Notes: generated by a model from the letters alone, not told the origin. 64,000 nt of DNA from an uncultured Chitinophagaceae bacterium (GCA_964518215.1 CAZFFP010000002.1:24317-88316), one strand, 5' to 3'; shown: positions 55,306-64,000, counted from the stretch's first letter. Translations and numbers: made by a program.

Positions 55306-55635
55306 GAAATGAGCATAAACGGAATAGATAATATGCAACTATGCCTGATGAAATTAGACAGTAATTTTAATTTTCTTTGGCGTGAAAATTTCGGCACTCC
55401 GTTCACAGACAGGTCAGGAGTAGCAAGGAACTTAATTATTACACCGAATCAGGAATATATTATGTGCGGCAGAACCTTTGTTCCATGCACATCTAATTGT
55501 TGGTTTAATCGTGGTGAAGGTTATATAATTAAAACCGATTCTTCAGGCAATCTGATTTGGCAAAAACATTATAGCAGCCCCGACACTAATTTTTATTTCT
55601 ACGGAATACAATCTGCCGAAAACGCTTATGTTGTT

Positions 55636-55643
55636 GGGGGGGG
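55636..55643 (+). repeat. poly-G(8) tract inside the frameshifted T9SS cargo gene
   Basis: gttgttGGGGGGGGaact encodes V-V-G-G-G-T. Confidence 0.9.
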
Positions 55644-55843
55644 AACTTCACTTGATACTTTTACTCATACAATGCCTCGTGGGTATTTAATGAAAGTAGA
55701 TACTTCCGGAAATAAAATCTGGAGTCGGAGTTATACTTATCATGATGCCTACGAAGAGGGTAATTATGCATGGGATTTAATTAAAACCAGTGATGGCGGC
55801 TATTTACTTTCGGGGTATTTAATTTATAATCTTTCAGACAACA

Positions 55844-56412
55844 GAAACGATGCATGGCTCGTAAAAACCGACAGTTGCGGCTACACCGAAGGCGATGTAA
55901 GCATTGCTCAAATACAATTAATAAGCATACAAGACAGCACGGTGCGGCTCAATAACAGAAGCCCGCAATTTTGCAGTTTTAAATGGTATTTCGGCAATGG
56001 AGATAGCTCTACAACAAAAAATCCAACATACACATATAGTGATACGGGCACTTACACCATCATGCTCATTACACAGGCGGGCAACGAAAAAGATACGGCA
56101 TATCTTACCATTCATATTGGCGATACCGTTGTAGGCAGTCCGCAAATAACAGCTATCAGTCCGCAACTAAAATTATATCCCAACCCTGCCACACAGTATA
56201 TCATACTGTCGGGTTTTATTCCACAGGAAACAGGCAAAGCAGTTTTAGAATTTTACGATATGCAAGGAAAACTCGTAAAACAAGAACCGTTGGAGCAAGG
56301 AGCCATCAACCGCAGCATCGGCATCAGAGAATTTTCACAAGGCGTGTATGCTTATAAGGTTTTCAGCAGTGATAGAGTAATCACTACAGGAAGAATTTTT
56401 ATCGAACCCTGA
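55844..56412 (+). repeat. ~570-bp direct repeat, copy 2 (3' end of paralogue 2)
   Basis: See 53850-54418. Confidence 0.8.
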
Positions 56413-56512
56413 TTTTATAAACCATTCTGTTTATCAATCAACATTCTTCCGTTTATATCAATATGGCTCGAAGTTTCACATTCAAACATGCTACGGGTAA
56501 CTTCACCCGCGC

Positions 56513-57982
56513 ATGAATCCTGTTTTCTTTTTAGTGATTATTGCGGCATACTTCGGTTTGCTGATGGTGATTTCATTTTTCACTTCGAGAAATGCCGATG
56601 CCAATTCGTTCTATATCGGCAATCGTCAGTCTGAATGGTATTTGGTGGCATTCGGTATGATTGGGGCATCGCTTTCGGGAGTTACATTTATTTCTATTCC
56701 GGGCTGGGTAGGCAGCAGCAACTTTGCTTATATGCAAACCGTGATGGGATATATGGCGGGTTACTTAGTGATTGCCACCGTGCTGATGCCTTTGTATTAC
56801 CGGCTGAATCTCACTTCGATTTATACATATTTGGAACAACGCTTCGGGTTCTGGTCTTACAAAACGGGTGCATTCTTTTTTTTAGTGTCGCGCACTATTG
56901 GCGCTTCTTTCAGAATGTTTTTGGTAGCAAGTGTCATGCAGTTTGTGATATTCGACAGTATGGGTTTGCCTTTTTGGTTTACGGTGATTGCCACCATATT
57001 GCTCATCTGGCTTTATACATTTAAAGGGGGCATTAAAACCATTGTGTGGACCGATGCCATGCAGACTTTTTTTATGCTCACTGCTGTGTTGCTCACCATT
57101 TTTATTATTGGCAAACAAATGCAAATGAATGCAGGCGAAGTGATTGAAACTATTAAACAAAGCAGCTATTCAAAAATATTTCATTTCGACCGGTGGCAAA
57201 CGCCCGATTATTTCTGGAAACATTTTTTGGGAGGCATGTTTATCGCCATCAGCATGACGGGTTTAGACCAGGATATGATGCAGAAAAATCTGAGTTGTAA
57301 AAACATTGGCGAAGCGCAGAAAAATATGTTTTGGTTCAGTTTGGTGCTGTTAGTGGTTAATCTGGTTTTTCTTTCGTTGGGAGCATTGTTGTATTTGTAT
57401 TGCGAAGGCAACCAAATTGCTTTACCCGATAAAAGTGACCAGTTGTATCCCATGCTTGCCATGCAGGGATATTTGGGAAATTCTGTTGCTATTTTGTTTG
57501 TGTTGGGTTTGATTGCTGCCGCTTATTCGAGCGCAGACTCTGCGCTTACCGCCCTCACTACTTCCTTTTGTATTGATATACTCGACATCAGAAGAAAGTA
57601 TGACGATAAACGTCAGGACATCATCCGCAAGTCGGTGCATATCGGCATGTCTGTTTTGATGTTTGTGTGTATTTTGATTTTTAACGCTTTCAATGATGAT
57701 AGTGTCATCAAAGAATTGTTTACCATTGCCACTTACACCTACGGACCATTACTGGGCATGTATGCTTTCGGTTTGTTTACAAAAATCAATATCAGAGATA
57801 AATGGGTTCCATTAGTGTGTTTGCTTTCGCCAATAATTTGCTATTGGCTGAGCAAAAATTCTGAAGAGTTTTTTAACGGCTATAAGTTTGGCTTCGAATT
57901 GTTGCTTTTGAATGGCGGACTTACTTTTTTAGGCTTGTTGATTTTAAAAAATAATTCACAGCAATCAAGCGCATCAAGTTAA
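56513..57982 (+). CDS. sodium:solute symporter (SSS) family transporter
   Basis: 489 aa with about 13 TM segments and a typical SSS N-terminus (FYIGNRQSEWYLVAFGMIGASLSGVTFISIPG). Confidence 0.8.
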   Translation: MNPVFFLVIIAAYFGLLMVISFFTSRNADANSFYIGNRQSEWYLVAFGMIGASLSGVTFISIPGWVGSSNFAYMQTVMGYMAGYLVIATVLMPLYYRLNLTSIYTYLEQRFGFWSYKTGAFFFLVSRTIGASFRMFLVASVMQFVIFDSMGLPFWFTVIATILLIWLYTFKGGIKTIVWTDAMQTFFMLTAVLLTIFIIGKQMQMNAGEVIETIKQSSYSKIFHFDRWQTPDYFWKHFLGGMFIAISMTGLDQDMMQKNLSCKNIGEAQKNMFWFSLVLLVVNLVFLSLGALLYLYCEGNQIALPDKSDQLYPMLAMQGYLGNSVAILFVLGLIAAAYSSADSALTALTTSFCIDILDIRRKYDDKRQDIIRKSVHIGMSVLMFVCILIFNAFNDDSVIKELFTIATYTYGPLLGMYAFGLFTKINIRDKWVPLVCLLSPIICYWLSKNSEEFFNGYKFGFELLLLNGGLTFLGLLILKNNSQQSSASS

Positions 57983-60048
57983 TCCAATACAACAATTTTC
58001 TTCGAAACACTCGAATGTTCCTGCAGGGCTTTCAGAAAATATAATCCTTTGGCGACCTTCATGTGGAATACAGTTCTATTTCCTGACAATTCAAATTCAT
58101 TCACCACTTCGCCCAACTGATTAATGAGCAGAAATTTTCCTTGCATGGAAGATTCAATAAAGATGCTTCCATAAGAAGGATTAGGATATACTCTGAAATC
58201 AATTTGTTGCATCAAATTTTCAACATCTACTACAACAACACTTTCGCAATCAGAACGCACAGTGCAATTGTTGGTAGTTATATCCACAGCATAATTTCCT
58301 GAAGCAGTTGCAGTAAAGGTTTGTTCATCTTCATCCTGAATTGGTAAGCCGCTATCGCAGTCAATCCATTGATAAGTATCGGCAGTTTGCAAAACAGAAA
58401 TAATATTGTTGTTGACAGAAAGTTGTGCATTGGGCAAAAGATTTACCGATAAGTTAAACACCACAATACTATCGCAGCCTGAAACACTTGCAAATGAAAC
58501 CGGGTAGTTGCCTGCGTCAACAAGTTTTAATGTAGATGCATAAAGCGTGTCTCCTTCGCAAATGGCAACATTTTCATTAGTGCTGCTGCAAGGTGCATAC
58601 TTAGCAGCAAACATGGTATTTAAGCTATTGCCTGTAAGCACAAAGCCAGTACCCGATGGGTGAAAGTCAGTGTTGTTTCGGTAAGCCCCGGTTACCAAAG
58701 CATTACCCGAAGCATCGGAAGCAATATCTAATCCCCAGGAAACAGTGCTGGCTCCAAAAACAATTACCCAAACAAAATTTCCGGATTCATCATATTTAGC
58801 AGCATAGATGGCCCTGTTGTTAGTGGGCGCATATTGTGCGCTTGCAGGAGAAGGGTCAAAATCGGTAGCTCCTTCAATGTAACCCGTAATGTAGAGATAG
58901 CCTTTTTTGTCGGCATGGAGTGCTCGGCTGCTGTTGTCGCCCGAACTTGCCTCCAATGCATTTACCCATTCCAGATTTCCTGTGGAAGAATATTTTGCTA
59001 TAAAAATTTCTGCGCTGCTTAGAGTGCCATAAGAAAGATTAGTTGCTGAAAAATCAAAATCAACCGTACCTGAATAATCGCCCGTAATGTAAACATTGTT
59101 AGAGGCATCTGTGGCGATGCCTCTGCTAAAACTCGCACTGCCTTCTGCCAATCCTGCCCAAACAAGATTGCCATTATTGTTATACTTAGCAATGAAAATA
59201 TTTCTTGTTACGCCATTTAAAATCAATGAATCGGGTGAAGGGTCGAAATCGCGACCACCAGATATTTCGCCTGTGATGTAAAAATTTCCTTCGTTATCTG
59301 TTGCCAAATTTGTAAGTCGGTTCGATTGCGAACTTGTTTTTCCTTCAAGTATATTTAACCATTGATAGTTGCCGGAAGCATCATATTTTGCCATAAAAAA
59401 AGTTACTCCTGATGCAGCAGTAGATGCCTCTCCGCCAGAAGATGATAAATCGAAATCAAACATCACACTGCTGCCACTAATAAACCCACCAATGAAAATA
59501 TTTCCGTTGGCATCTACATCTACGCCTCTCAATCCGGCAGTGAAGTTTTTATCAGCCGGAATAGCATTTGCCCAAAGCAAACTGCCTGCAGGCGTGTATT
59601 TAGCAACAAACAACATACCGTTACTAGTAGAATAAATAAGCGAATCGGCTGATGGGTCGAAATCAATTTTTCCGGCAGCAAGACATCCGGCTATAATAAT
59701 ATTTCCGTCTGTGTCGAAACACATACCACTGTGAAGATTGATACCCGATGATGCACTTGTGCCTAAAGAAAATGCCCAAAGGTAATTTCCATCAGCATCG
59801 TGTTTGGCCAATACTATTCCTGCATTGGTAAATGGCACGGTGCCACTTGCAGAAGGGTCTGCATCGAATGTTCCGCTGCCGGCATTACCATTCAAGTAAA
59901 CATTTCCCGATGCGTCTGTAAGAATATTATGACCTTCAGCATTAGCACCACCCGCATAACCGTTAGCCCAATCTAATTGTAAACTTTGGCCGAAAAGATT
60001 TGTACAGATATAAAGCACTAAGGCTGAAACAAAAAGTAGTTTTTTCAT
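57979..60048 (-). CDS. SBBP-type beta-propeller repeat protein with T9SS C-terminal sorting domain
   Basis: A signal peptide, then about 8 repeats of the form GN.Y.TG...G..DFDPS....... . A Cys-containing Ig-like module follows (TADTYQWIDCDSGLPI). The CTD reads RVYPNPSYGSIFIES...GLYFLKAL. Confidence 0.8.
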   Translation of the reverse strand: MKKLLFVSALVLYICTNLFGQSLQLDWANGYAGGANAEGHNILTDASGNVYLNGNAGSGTFDADPSASGTVPFTNAGIVLAKHDADGNYLWAFSLGTSASSGINLHSGMCFDTDGNIIIAGCLAAGKIDFDPSADSLIYSTSNGMLFVAKYTPAGSLLWANAIPADKNFTAGLRGVDVDANGNIFIGGFISGSSVMFDFDLSSSGGEASTAASGVTFFMAKYDASGNYQWLNILEGKTSSQSNRLTNLATDNEGNFYITGEISGGRDFDPSPDSLILNGVTRNIFIAKYNNNGNLVWAGLAEGSASFSRGIATDASNNVYITGDYSGTVDFDFSATNLSYGTLSSAEIFIAKYSSTGNLEWVNALEASSGDNSSRALHADKKGYLYITGYIEGATDFDPSPASAQYAPTNNRAIYAAKYDESGNFVWVIVFGASTVSWGLDIASDASGNALVTGAYRNNTDFHPSGTGFVLTGNSLNTMFAAKYAPCSSTNENVAICEGDTLYASTLKLVDAGNYPVSFASVSGCDSIVVFNLSVNLLPNAQLSVNNNIISVLQTADTYQWIDCDSGLPIQDEDEQTFTATASGNYAVDITTNNCTVRSDCESVVVVDVENLMQQIDFRVYPNPSYGSIFIESSMQGKFLLINQLGEVVNEFELSGNRTVFHMKVAKGLYFLKALQEHSSVSKKIVVLD
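58259..58479 (-). repeat. ~220-bp repeat shared by the two SBBP genes, copy 1
   Basis: By eye mostly identical to 60703-60922 (roughly four-fifths or more of positions). It encodes SVNLLPNAQLSVNNNII...TFTATASGNYAVDITTNNCTVRS. Confidence 0.7.
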
Positions 60049-60139
60049 AGGTAATAGTTTGAAAACCTAAAAGTATTGATTAAAACAATAAAATCCTCTT
60101 ATAAAATTAATTGGATAGCTTGTAAATATGCAATAAAAA

Positions 60140-60220
60140 TTACTTAATCACCAGAGTTTTCAATGCCTCAATTTCTTTCTTCAACTGCTCAATCATTTGC
60201 TGCTGCTCCTGAATAGCTTT
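60140..60220 (-). pseudogene. orphan relic of the C-terminal coiled-coil of an S74/tail-fibre-like gene
   Basis: The minus strand reads KAIQEQQQMIEQLKKEIEALKTLVIK*. Positions 60166-60220 are 55/55 identical to 62685-62739, the 3' end of the gene at 62656-64000. There is no start codon or upstream homology. Confidence 0.65.
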
Positions 60221-60424
60221 AATTGCTACTATAGAAAACCCTGCCGAGTTTATGAATATGGTAAAAAAACATTACGGGTAAAAATTAAAGTGCCTAATGC
60301 CTTCCAAAAAGTTGCCAACAAAACTAAACGTGCAGATACTATAAAGCACTAAAAACTTATTTGCTGTAGCCATAGTAATTAATAGAATTGCTAGCATTCA
60401 ACTTACAAATTGCTACACGTAAAA

Positions 60425-62542
60425 TCACTCAATAACTACAGCCCTCAGTGTCTTATTGGTTTTAGCAGAATAAATAAAATAAATACCTGCATTTAACTGA
60501 ATAGTTTTTGAAAAGTTGCTATCGGTGTTTAAGTGAAAAGAAGCTATATCTCTTCCGAAAATATCATATACAACTATGTAGTCTTTTATATTGCTCTTCA
60601 AGACAAGTACTCCATTAGAAGGGTTAGGATATATCGTAATCGCATTTGCGTTTGTTTCACTGTTGATACCCACTACTGTAATATTCTCGCAACCGGAACG
60701 CACAGTACAATTGTTGATAGTTATATCAACAGCATAATTTCCTGAAGCAGTTGCGGTGAAGGTTTGGCTTTCTTCATTTTGAATGGGTAATTCCGTGTCG
60801 CAGTCTATCCATTGATAAGTATCGGCAGTTTGCGAAACAGTAATAATATTGTTGTTGACAGAAAGTTGTGCATCGGGTAAATCATTTACAGAAAGATTTA
60901 TGGTTATAATACTATCACAGCCATTAATAGCTGTGTATGTTGCCGAAAAAACAACAGATGTGTCGGCATAAGAACTATCAGGAAGCATATAGTTCTCTCC
61001 TTCACATATTTGTGGGTTTAATATCGTGAACATAGGGCTGCAAACATCATAACGTGCAAAGAACATATTGGGTGCATTGTTAATCGAATTATAAACTACA
61101 TTAAAATTAGTGTCGGGATGAAAATCGCAGGCACCTCTAAAATAACCTCCTAATAAAATTCCACCGGCAGTATCTTTAATTACAGTGGAAGAGTAGTCAT
61201 CACTACTACCACCTATTGAAAACCCGTTGAGAAGATTAAAATTATTGTCGTAAGAAGCATAAAAAAAATCTCCCCCGCCATTATGAGTAACATAGTTAAC
61301 AATCGTTGTATCAGGATTTAAATCTATACTTTGTCTAAACCAACCAACTATATGTGTTACATCATCGGCATCAATATACAAGTCAGTAACATTATTGAAT
61401 GCAGTTGAGTTTGAATTTTCAGTACTTTCTAAAACAGCACCCTTTACATGATTACCATCAGTATCATATTCTGCTGCGTAAAGAATTAATTTACCGGCAG
61501 TAGAATTTTGATATATAACTTCATTATGAACAGCACTTACACTTACCTGATTAGCGGCTTTACCGGCAACCACAACATTACCATTTGATTTCATGGCTAA
61601 TGCCGACATGTTTTCGAGTGCGCTTGAACCAAGTCTGTTCACCCACGAAAGCACACCACTGCTACTCATTTTCATCACATATCCATCGGGTGCGTTGGTG
61701 GTAACCACACTTACTAATGTAGTATCTGGTCCCGGGTCAAAATCTACAGTGCCCCTGAAAGTTCCGGTAAGAAATATAGAGTTGGAATTATCTAAGCCTA
61801 TACCTTCTATTCCTACACCACCATTTAAGGAGTTTAATTTTAAAATTTTCACCCATTGATAAATACCATTTTGGTTGAGCTTCAACACATATGCATCGTT
61901 TTGATTACTGGAAGAAGAAGTAATTAATGCTGAAGTATTGGGGTCAGGATTGAAGTCAACGGTTTTTTGAAAACTCCCGGTTAAGTAAATATTATTGCTT
62001 GGGTCAATTGCCATTGATTTAGTATAATTATCTCCGGTAGTGCCAACGAGTGTTTTTGCCCAAAGAGTTGTTCCCATTGGAGAAAATTTAGCTATAAATG
62101 CATCTACGCGGGTCGATGATTTTGAAAGCTGAATTGGTGTAGGAGTTGTTTCAAAGACAATACTGGTCTTATAATAACCCCACATATAAATATTGCCCTG
62201 ATTATCTGTTTTTAAATCGGTAATCGTTTTATCGGCAGTTCCGGTAAGCTGTTTGCTCCAAACCATACTTCCGTCTAAAGCATATTCGCCTATAAAAATA
62301 TCTCGCGAACCGGAATCTGTAACATAGAACATATTCTGTTGCAAACCACTAAAATCGGTATTAAGCGAATCATAAAAATATCCTGCTACTGCAATATTTC
62401 CATTGTTGAGATTCAAGAGTTTGATTACATAAGAAGTAGATTCGCTTGAATTAGTATTTACCCATTGAGGAACCTGAGCGTTTGCGATATTAAAAAAAAT
62501 AAAACAGAAGATGCTGAAAACAGATATGATGATGTTTTTCAT
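60425..62542 (-). CDS. SBBP-type beta-propeller repeat protein with T9SS C-terminal sorting domain (paralogue)
   Basis: I prefer the ATG at 62542 (MKNIIISVFSIFCFIFFNIANAQ). It has repeats of the form GNIY.TG......DFNPD, the same Ig-like module as the paralogue, and the CTD TIYPNPSNGVLVLKS...GIYFIYSAK. Confidence 0.8.
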   Translation of the reverse strand: MKNIIISVFSIFCFIFFNIANAQVPQWVNTNSSESTSYVIKLLNLNNGNIAVAGYFYDSLNTDFSGLQQNMFYVTDSGSRDIFIGEYALDGSMVWSKQLTGTADKTITDLKTDNQGNIYMWGYYKTSIVFETTPTPIQLSKSSTRVDAFIAKFSPMGTTLWAKTLVGTTGDNYTKSMAIDPSNNIYLTGSFQKTVDFNPDPNTSALITSSSSNQNDAYVLKLNQNGIYQWVKILKLNSLNGGVGIEGIGLDNSNSIFLTGTFRGTVDFDPGPDTTLVSVVTTNAPDGYVMKMSSSGVLSWVNRLGSSALENMSALAMKSNGNVVVAGKAANQVSVSAVHNEVIYQNSTAGKLILYAAEYDTDGNHVKGAVLESTENSNSTAFNNVTDLYIDADDVTHIVGWFRQSIDLNPDTTIVNYVTHNGGGDFFYASYDNNFNLLNGFSIGGSSDDYSSTVIKDTAGGILLGGYFRGACDFHPDTNFNVVYNSINNAPNMFFARYDVCSPMFTILNPQICEGENYMLPDSSYADTSVVFSATYTAINGCDSIITINLSVNDLPDAQLSVNNNIITVSQTADTYQWIDCDTELPIQNEESQTFTATASGNYAVDITINNCTVRSGCENITVVGINSETNANAITIYPNPSNGVLVLKSNIKDYIVVYDIFGRDIASFHLNTDSNFSKTIQLNAGIYFIYSAKTNKTLRAVVIE
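60703..60922 (-). repeat. ~220-bp repeat shared by the two SBBP genes, copy 2
   Basis: See 58259-58479. Confidence 0.7.
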
Positions 62543-62655
62543 AAACTTGGTTTTAGAAGGTTTAAGTTTTAGAGAATTCAATATTGAGTTTGCGGGATAA
62601 AAAATTATTCCTAATCACTTTTTTACCAACTCCTCTAAAAATTTTATTCTTTCTT

Positions 62656-64000
62656 TCAATTTTTTTTAAAATCGTCTCTTAATTCCTCAATTTCTTTCTT
62701 CAACTGCTCAATCATTTGCTGCTGCTCCTGAATAGCTTTTACCATAGGCGCTATCAAATCGTTGTATCGCACACTTAGCATACCTTCATCGTCTGTAGTT
62801 ATTATTCCATTGTTTTCTGCCTTAAAATAGATAAGTGATTTTTGCAACTCTTGTGCGATTAATCCAAACTCGAGCTTTTGGGAATCGTCATTGTTTCTTG
62901 TATAAGAAACCGGATTCAAACTATTGATAAAATTTAAACCTAATATAGAAGGAGAAACATTAGTTTTCCATCTACTATCGGAAGTTACCGACCATGCTAC
63001 TTGCACACCAGCATAATTAACGTCTGTATTGCCAATTCTCACTTGATTGCTACCAGTGGCAGATGGTACCCGGGCACCAAAGCCAATTCCAGTATTATTA
63101 AACCCTGTGGTGTTGTTATAAAGTGCATCGGATCCAATGGCAGTATTATTAGACCCTGTGGTGTTTGATCGAAGTGCATCTACTCCATTGGCAGTATTAA
63201 AATTTCCTATGGTATTGTACCAAAGTGCTTCGTATCCATTGGCAGTATTAGCATTTCCTGTGGTGTTGGCAGCAAGTGCATCTACTCCATTGGCAGTATT
63301 AGCATTTCCTGTGGCGTTGTTTTGAAGTGCATATTCTCCATTTGCAGTATTAGAATTTCCTGTGGTGTTTAATCGAAGTGCAGACCTTCCATTTGCAGTA
63401 TTACTAAACCCTGTGGTGTTGAAACGAAGTGCATCGAATCCAATGGCAGTATTAGAACTTCCTGTGGTGCTGTTTTGAAGTGCATTCCTTCCATTTGCAG
63501 TATTCAAACTTCCTGTGGTATTAGAGCCAAGTGCATCTACTCCTGTGGAAGTATTAGAACTTCCTGTAGTGTTTGCATTAAGCGAACCTAAACCAAAACT
63601 AGTATTAGAAGTAGTTAATTTTCCCGCTAACAGACTATTTCTTTTAAAAACCACATCTTGATTATCGGTTGTTCCTATATAGTTATTATTTGGGTTGGTT
63701 CCGCTGTTTCCGCTTAAACCCCAGCCGGCATCGCCACTTTTTTTTGCAAATAAAGCATAAGGCACACTCAATAATTGGCTTGTGCCTGTAATCGTGTATG
63801 AACTTCCTCCATTTAGGTCAATTTCGGTTTTTACGAAATAAGAACCATTTGCCCAGTCAATAGTAGTAAAATTACCACTTACAACTGTTCCGTTTCCTAT
63901 TTCAATACTTGCCAAGCCATTGGCGTTTGTAGTTGGAAATTGCCGTTCAACATATACTGCCGACCCGCTTGCCGACCCCTGCAAAATACTTATTTGCATT
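62656..64000 (-). CDS. tail-fibre-like repeat protein with C-terminal peptidase-S74 intramolecular-chaperone domain (5' end probably beyond the window)
   Basis: About 11 tandem 17-aa NTANGxxALxxNTTGxx repeats. The S74-type module reads VAWSVTSDSRWKTNVSPSILGLNFINSLNPVSYTR...FGLIAQELQ...LSVRYNDLIAPMVKAIQEQ, followed by a terminal coiled coil. The ATG at 63999 is 1 nt from the window edge and the frame is open to the edge. Confidence 0.75.
   Translation of the reverse strand, partial: MQISILQGSASGSAVYVERQFPTTNANGLASIEIGNGTVVSGNFTTIDWANGSYFVKTEIDLNGGSSYTITGTSQLLSVPYALFAKKSGDAGWGLSGNSGTNPNNNYIGTTDNQDVVFKRNSLLAGKLTTSNTSFGLGSLNANTTGSSNTSTGVDALGSNTTGSLNTANGRNALQNSTTGSSNTAIGFDALRFNTTGFSNTANGRSALRLNTTGNSNTANGEYALQNNATGNANTANGVDALAANTTGNANTANGYEALWYNTIGNFNTANGVDALRSNTTGSNNTAIGSDALYNNTTGFNNTGIGFGARVPSATGSNQVRIGNTDVNYAGVQVAWSVTSDSRWKTNVSPSILGLNFINSLNPVSYTRNNDDSQKLEFGLIAQELQKSLIYFKAENNGIITTDDEGMLSVRYNDLIAPMVKAIQEQQQMIEQLKKEIEELRDDFKKN
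63046..63606 (-). repeat. 51-bp-period coding tandem repeat array (~11 units)
   Basis: The motif (c/g)aagtgcat recurs on the plus strand at about 63121, 63171, 63222, 63273, 63325, 63375, 63427, 63477 and 63528. It encodes the 17-aa NTANG..AL..NTTG.. units. Confidence 0.85.

Larger units (their letters stand above)
54615..56412 (+). pseudogene. frameshifted paralogue of 52712-54418 (propeller/PKD/T9SS cargo)
   Basis: Track ORFs 54558-55307 and 55216-56412 are two halves of one gene. Removing one copy of the 10-bp duplication at 55286-55305 restores ...DGSYLLSGEMSINGIDNMQLCLMKLD..., colinear with ...GGLILSGERNDNNNTNPNLCLLKLD... in the paralogue. The likely start is ATG 54615 (MLFNTKQNIILVVFIMLNINCLIAQ). 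Confidence 0.8.

Noticed and set aside
53850-56412. Diversity-generating retroelement (template/variable repeat) as the explanation for the near-identical 3' ends of the paralogues.
   Set aside because: There is no reverse transcriptase in the window. The substitutions between the copies involve all four bases rather than being concentrated at adenines.
60230-60372. A 33-aa minus-strand ORF (MATANKFLVLYSICTFSFVGNFLEGIRHFNFYP) upstream of the S74 relic.
   Set aside because: It is too short, has no supporting signal or conservation that I can assess, and sits in decayed DNA between duplicated modules.
63046-63606. CRISPR-like regular spacing of a short repeat.
   Set aside because: The 51-bp period is entirely repeat with no unique spacers. 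It lies in frame within a long ORF encoding 17-aa units, and no cas genes are present.

Overview
This is a 64-kb chromosomal window from a Bacteroidota-type genome. That assignment rests on eight ORFs ending in type-IX-secretion (T9SS) C-terminal sorting domains, an ArgF'-type acyl-ornithine transcarbamylase and TAnnTTTG-like -7 promoter boxes. By hand counts on a few lines, GC is about 27-35% in the AT-rich blocks and about 47-50% in the core genes. I can support 44 CDS (two cut by the window edges) plus three pseudogenes or relics.

Housekeeping blocks:
- (partial gene)-argF'-argB
- DEAD-box helicase
- MscS channel
- SGNH hydrolase plus a secreted esterase
- THUMP RNA methyltransferase
- bioA-photolyase
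- acyl-lipid desaturase
- Omp85-like gene, divergent from DUF748/AsmA-like-mlaE-mlaF-mlaD
- ytxH stress triad
- AI-2E transporter
- SDR
- mreC-mreD-mrdA-rodA (no mreB)
- LMW phosphatase-hisS
- Na+/solute symporter

Accessory content:
- a vapBC toxin-antitoxin pair
- one 2,893-aa cyclic beta-1,2-glucan synthase-like gene
- a sharply AT-rich ~2.5-kb islet next to a decayed second argB
- two AT-rich blocks of T9SS cargo genes (48.9-56.4 kb and 58.0-64.0 kb). These show recent duplication, a 10-bp tandem-duplication frameshift, poly-G tracts and a tail-fibre/S74-like gene.

By eye I found no rRNA, tRNA, CRISPR array, transposase or integrase, and no defence system other than vapBC.

The signal most worth follow-up is a bipartite ~40-nt motif present four times with identical internal spacing. 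Each copy points into an envelope or lipid-homeostasis gene or operon (desaturase, Omp85-like, DUF748-mlaEFD, ytxH triad), which suggests an undescribed envelope-lipid regulon. Second is the DUF748/AsmA-like + MlaEFD + divergent Omp85 arrangement itself.

All functional calls come from motif recognition by eye, not from database searches.
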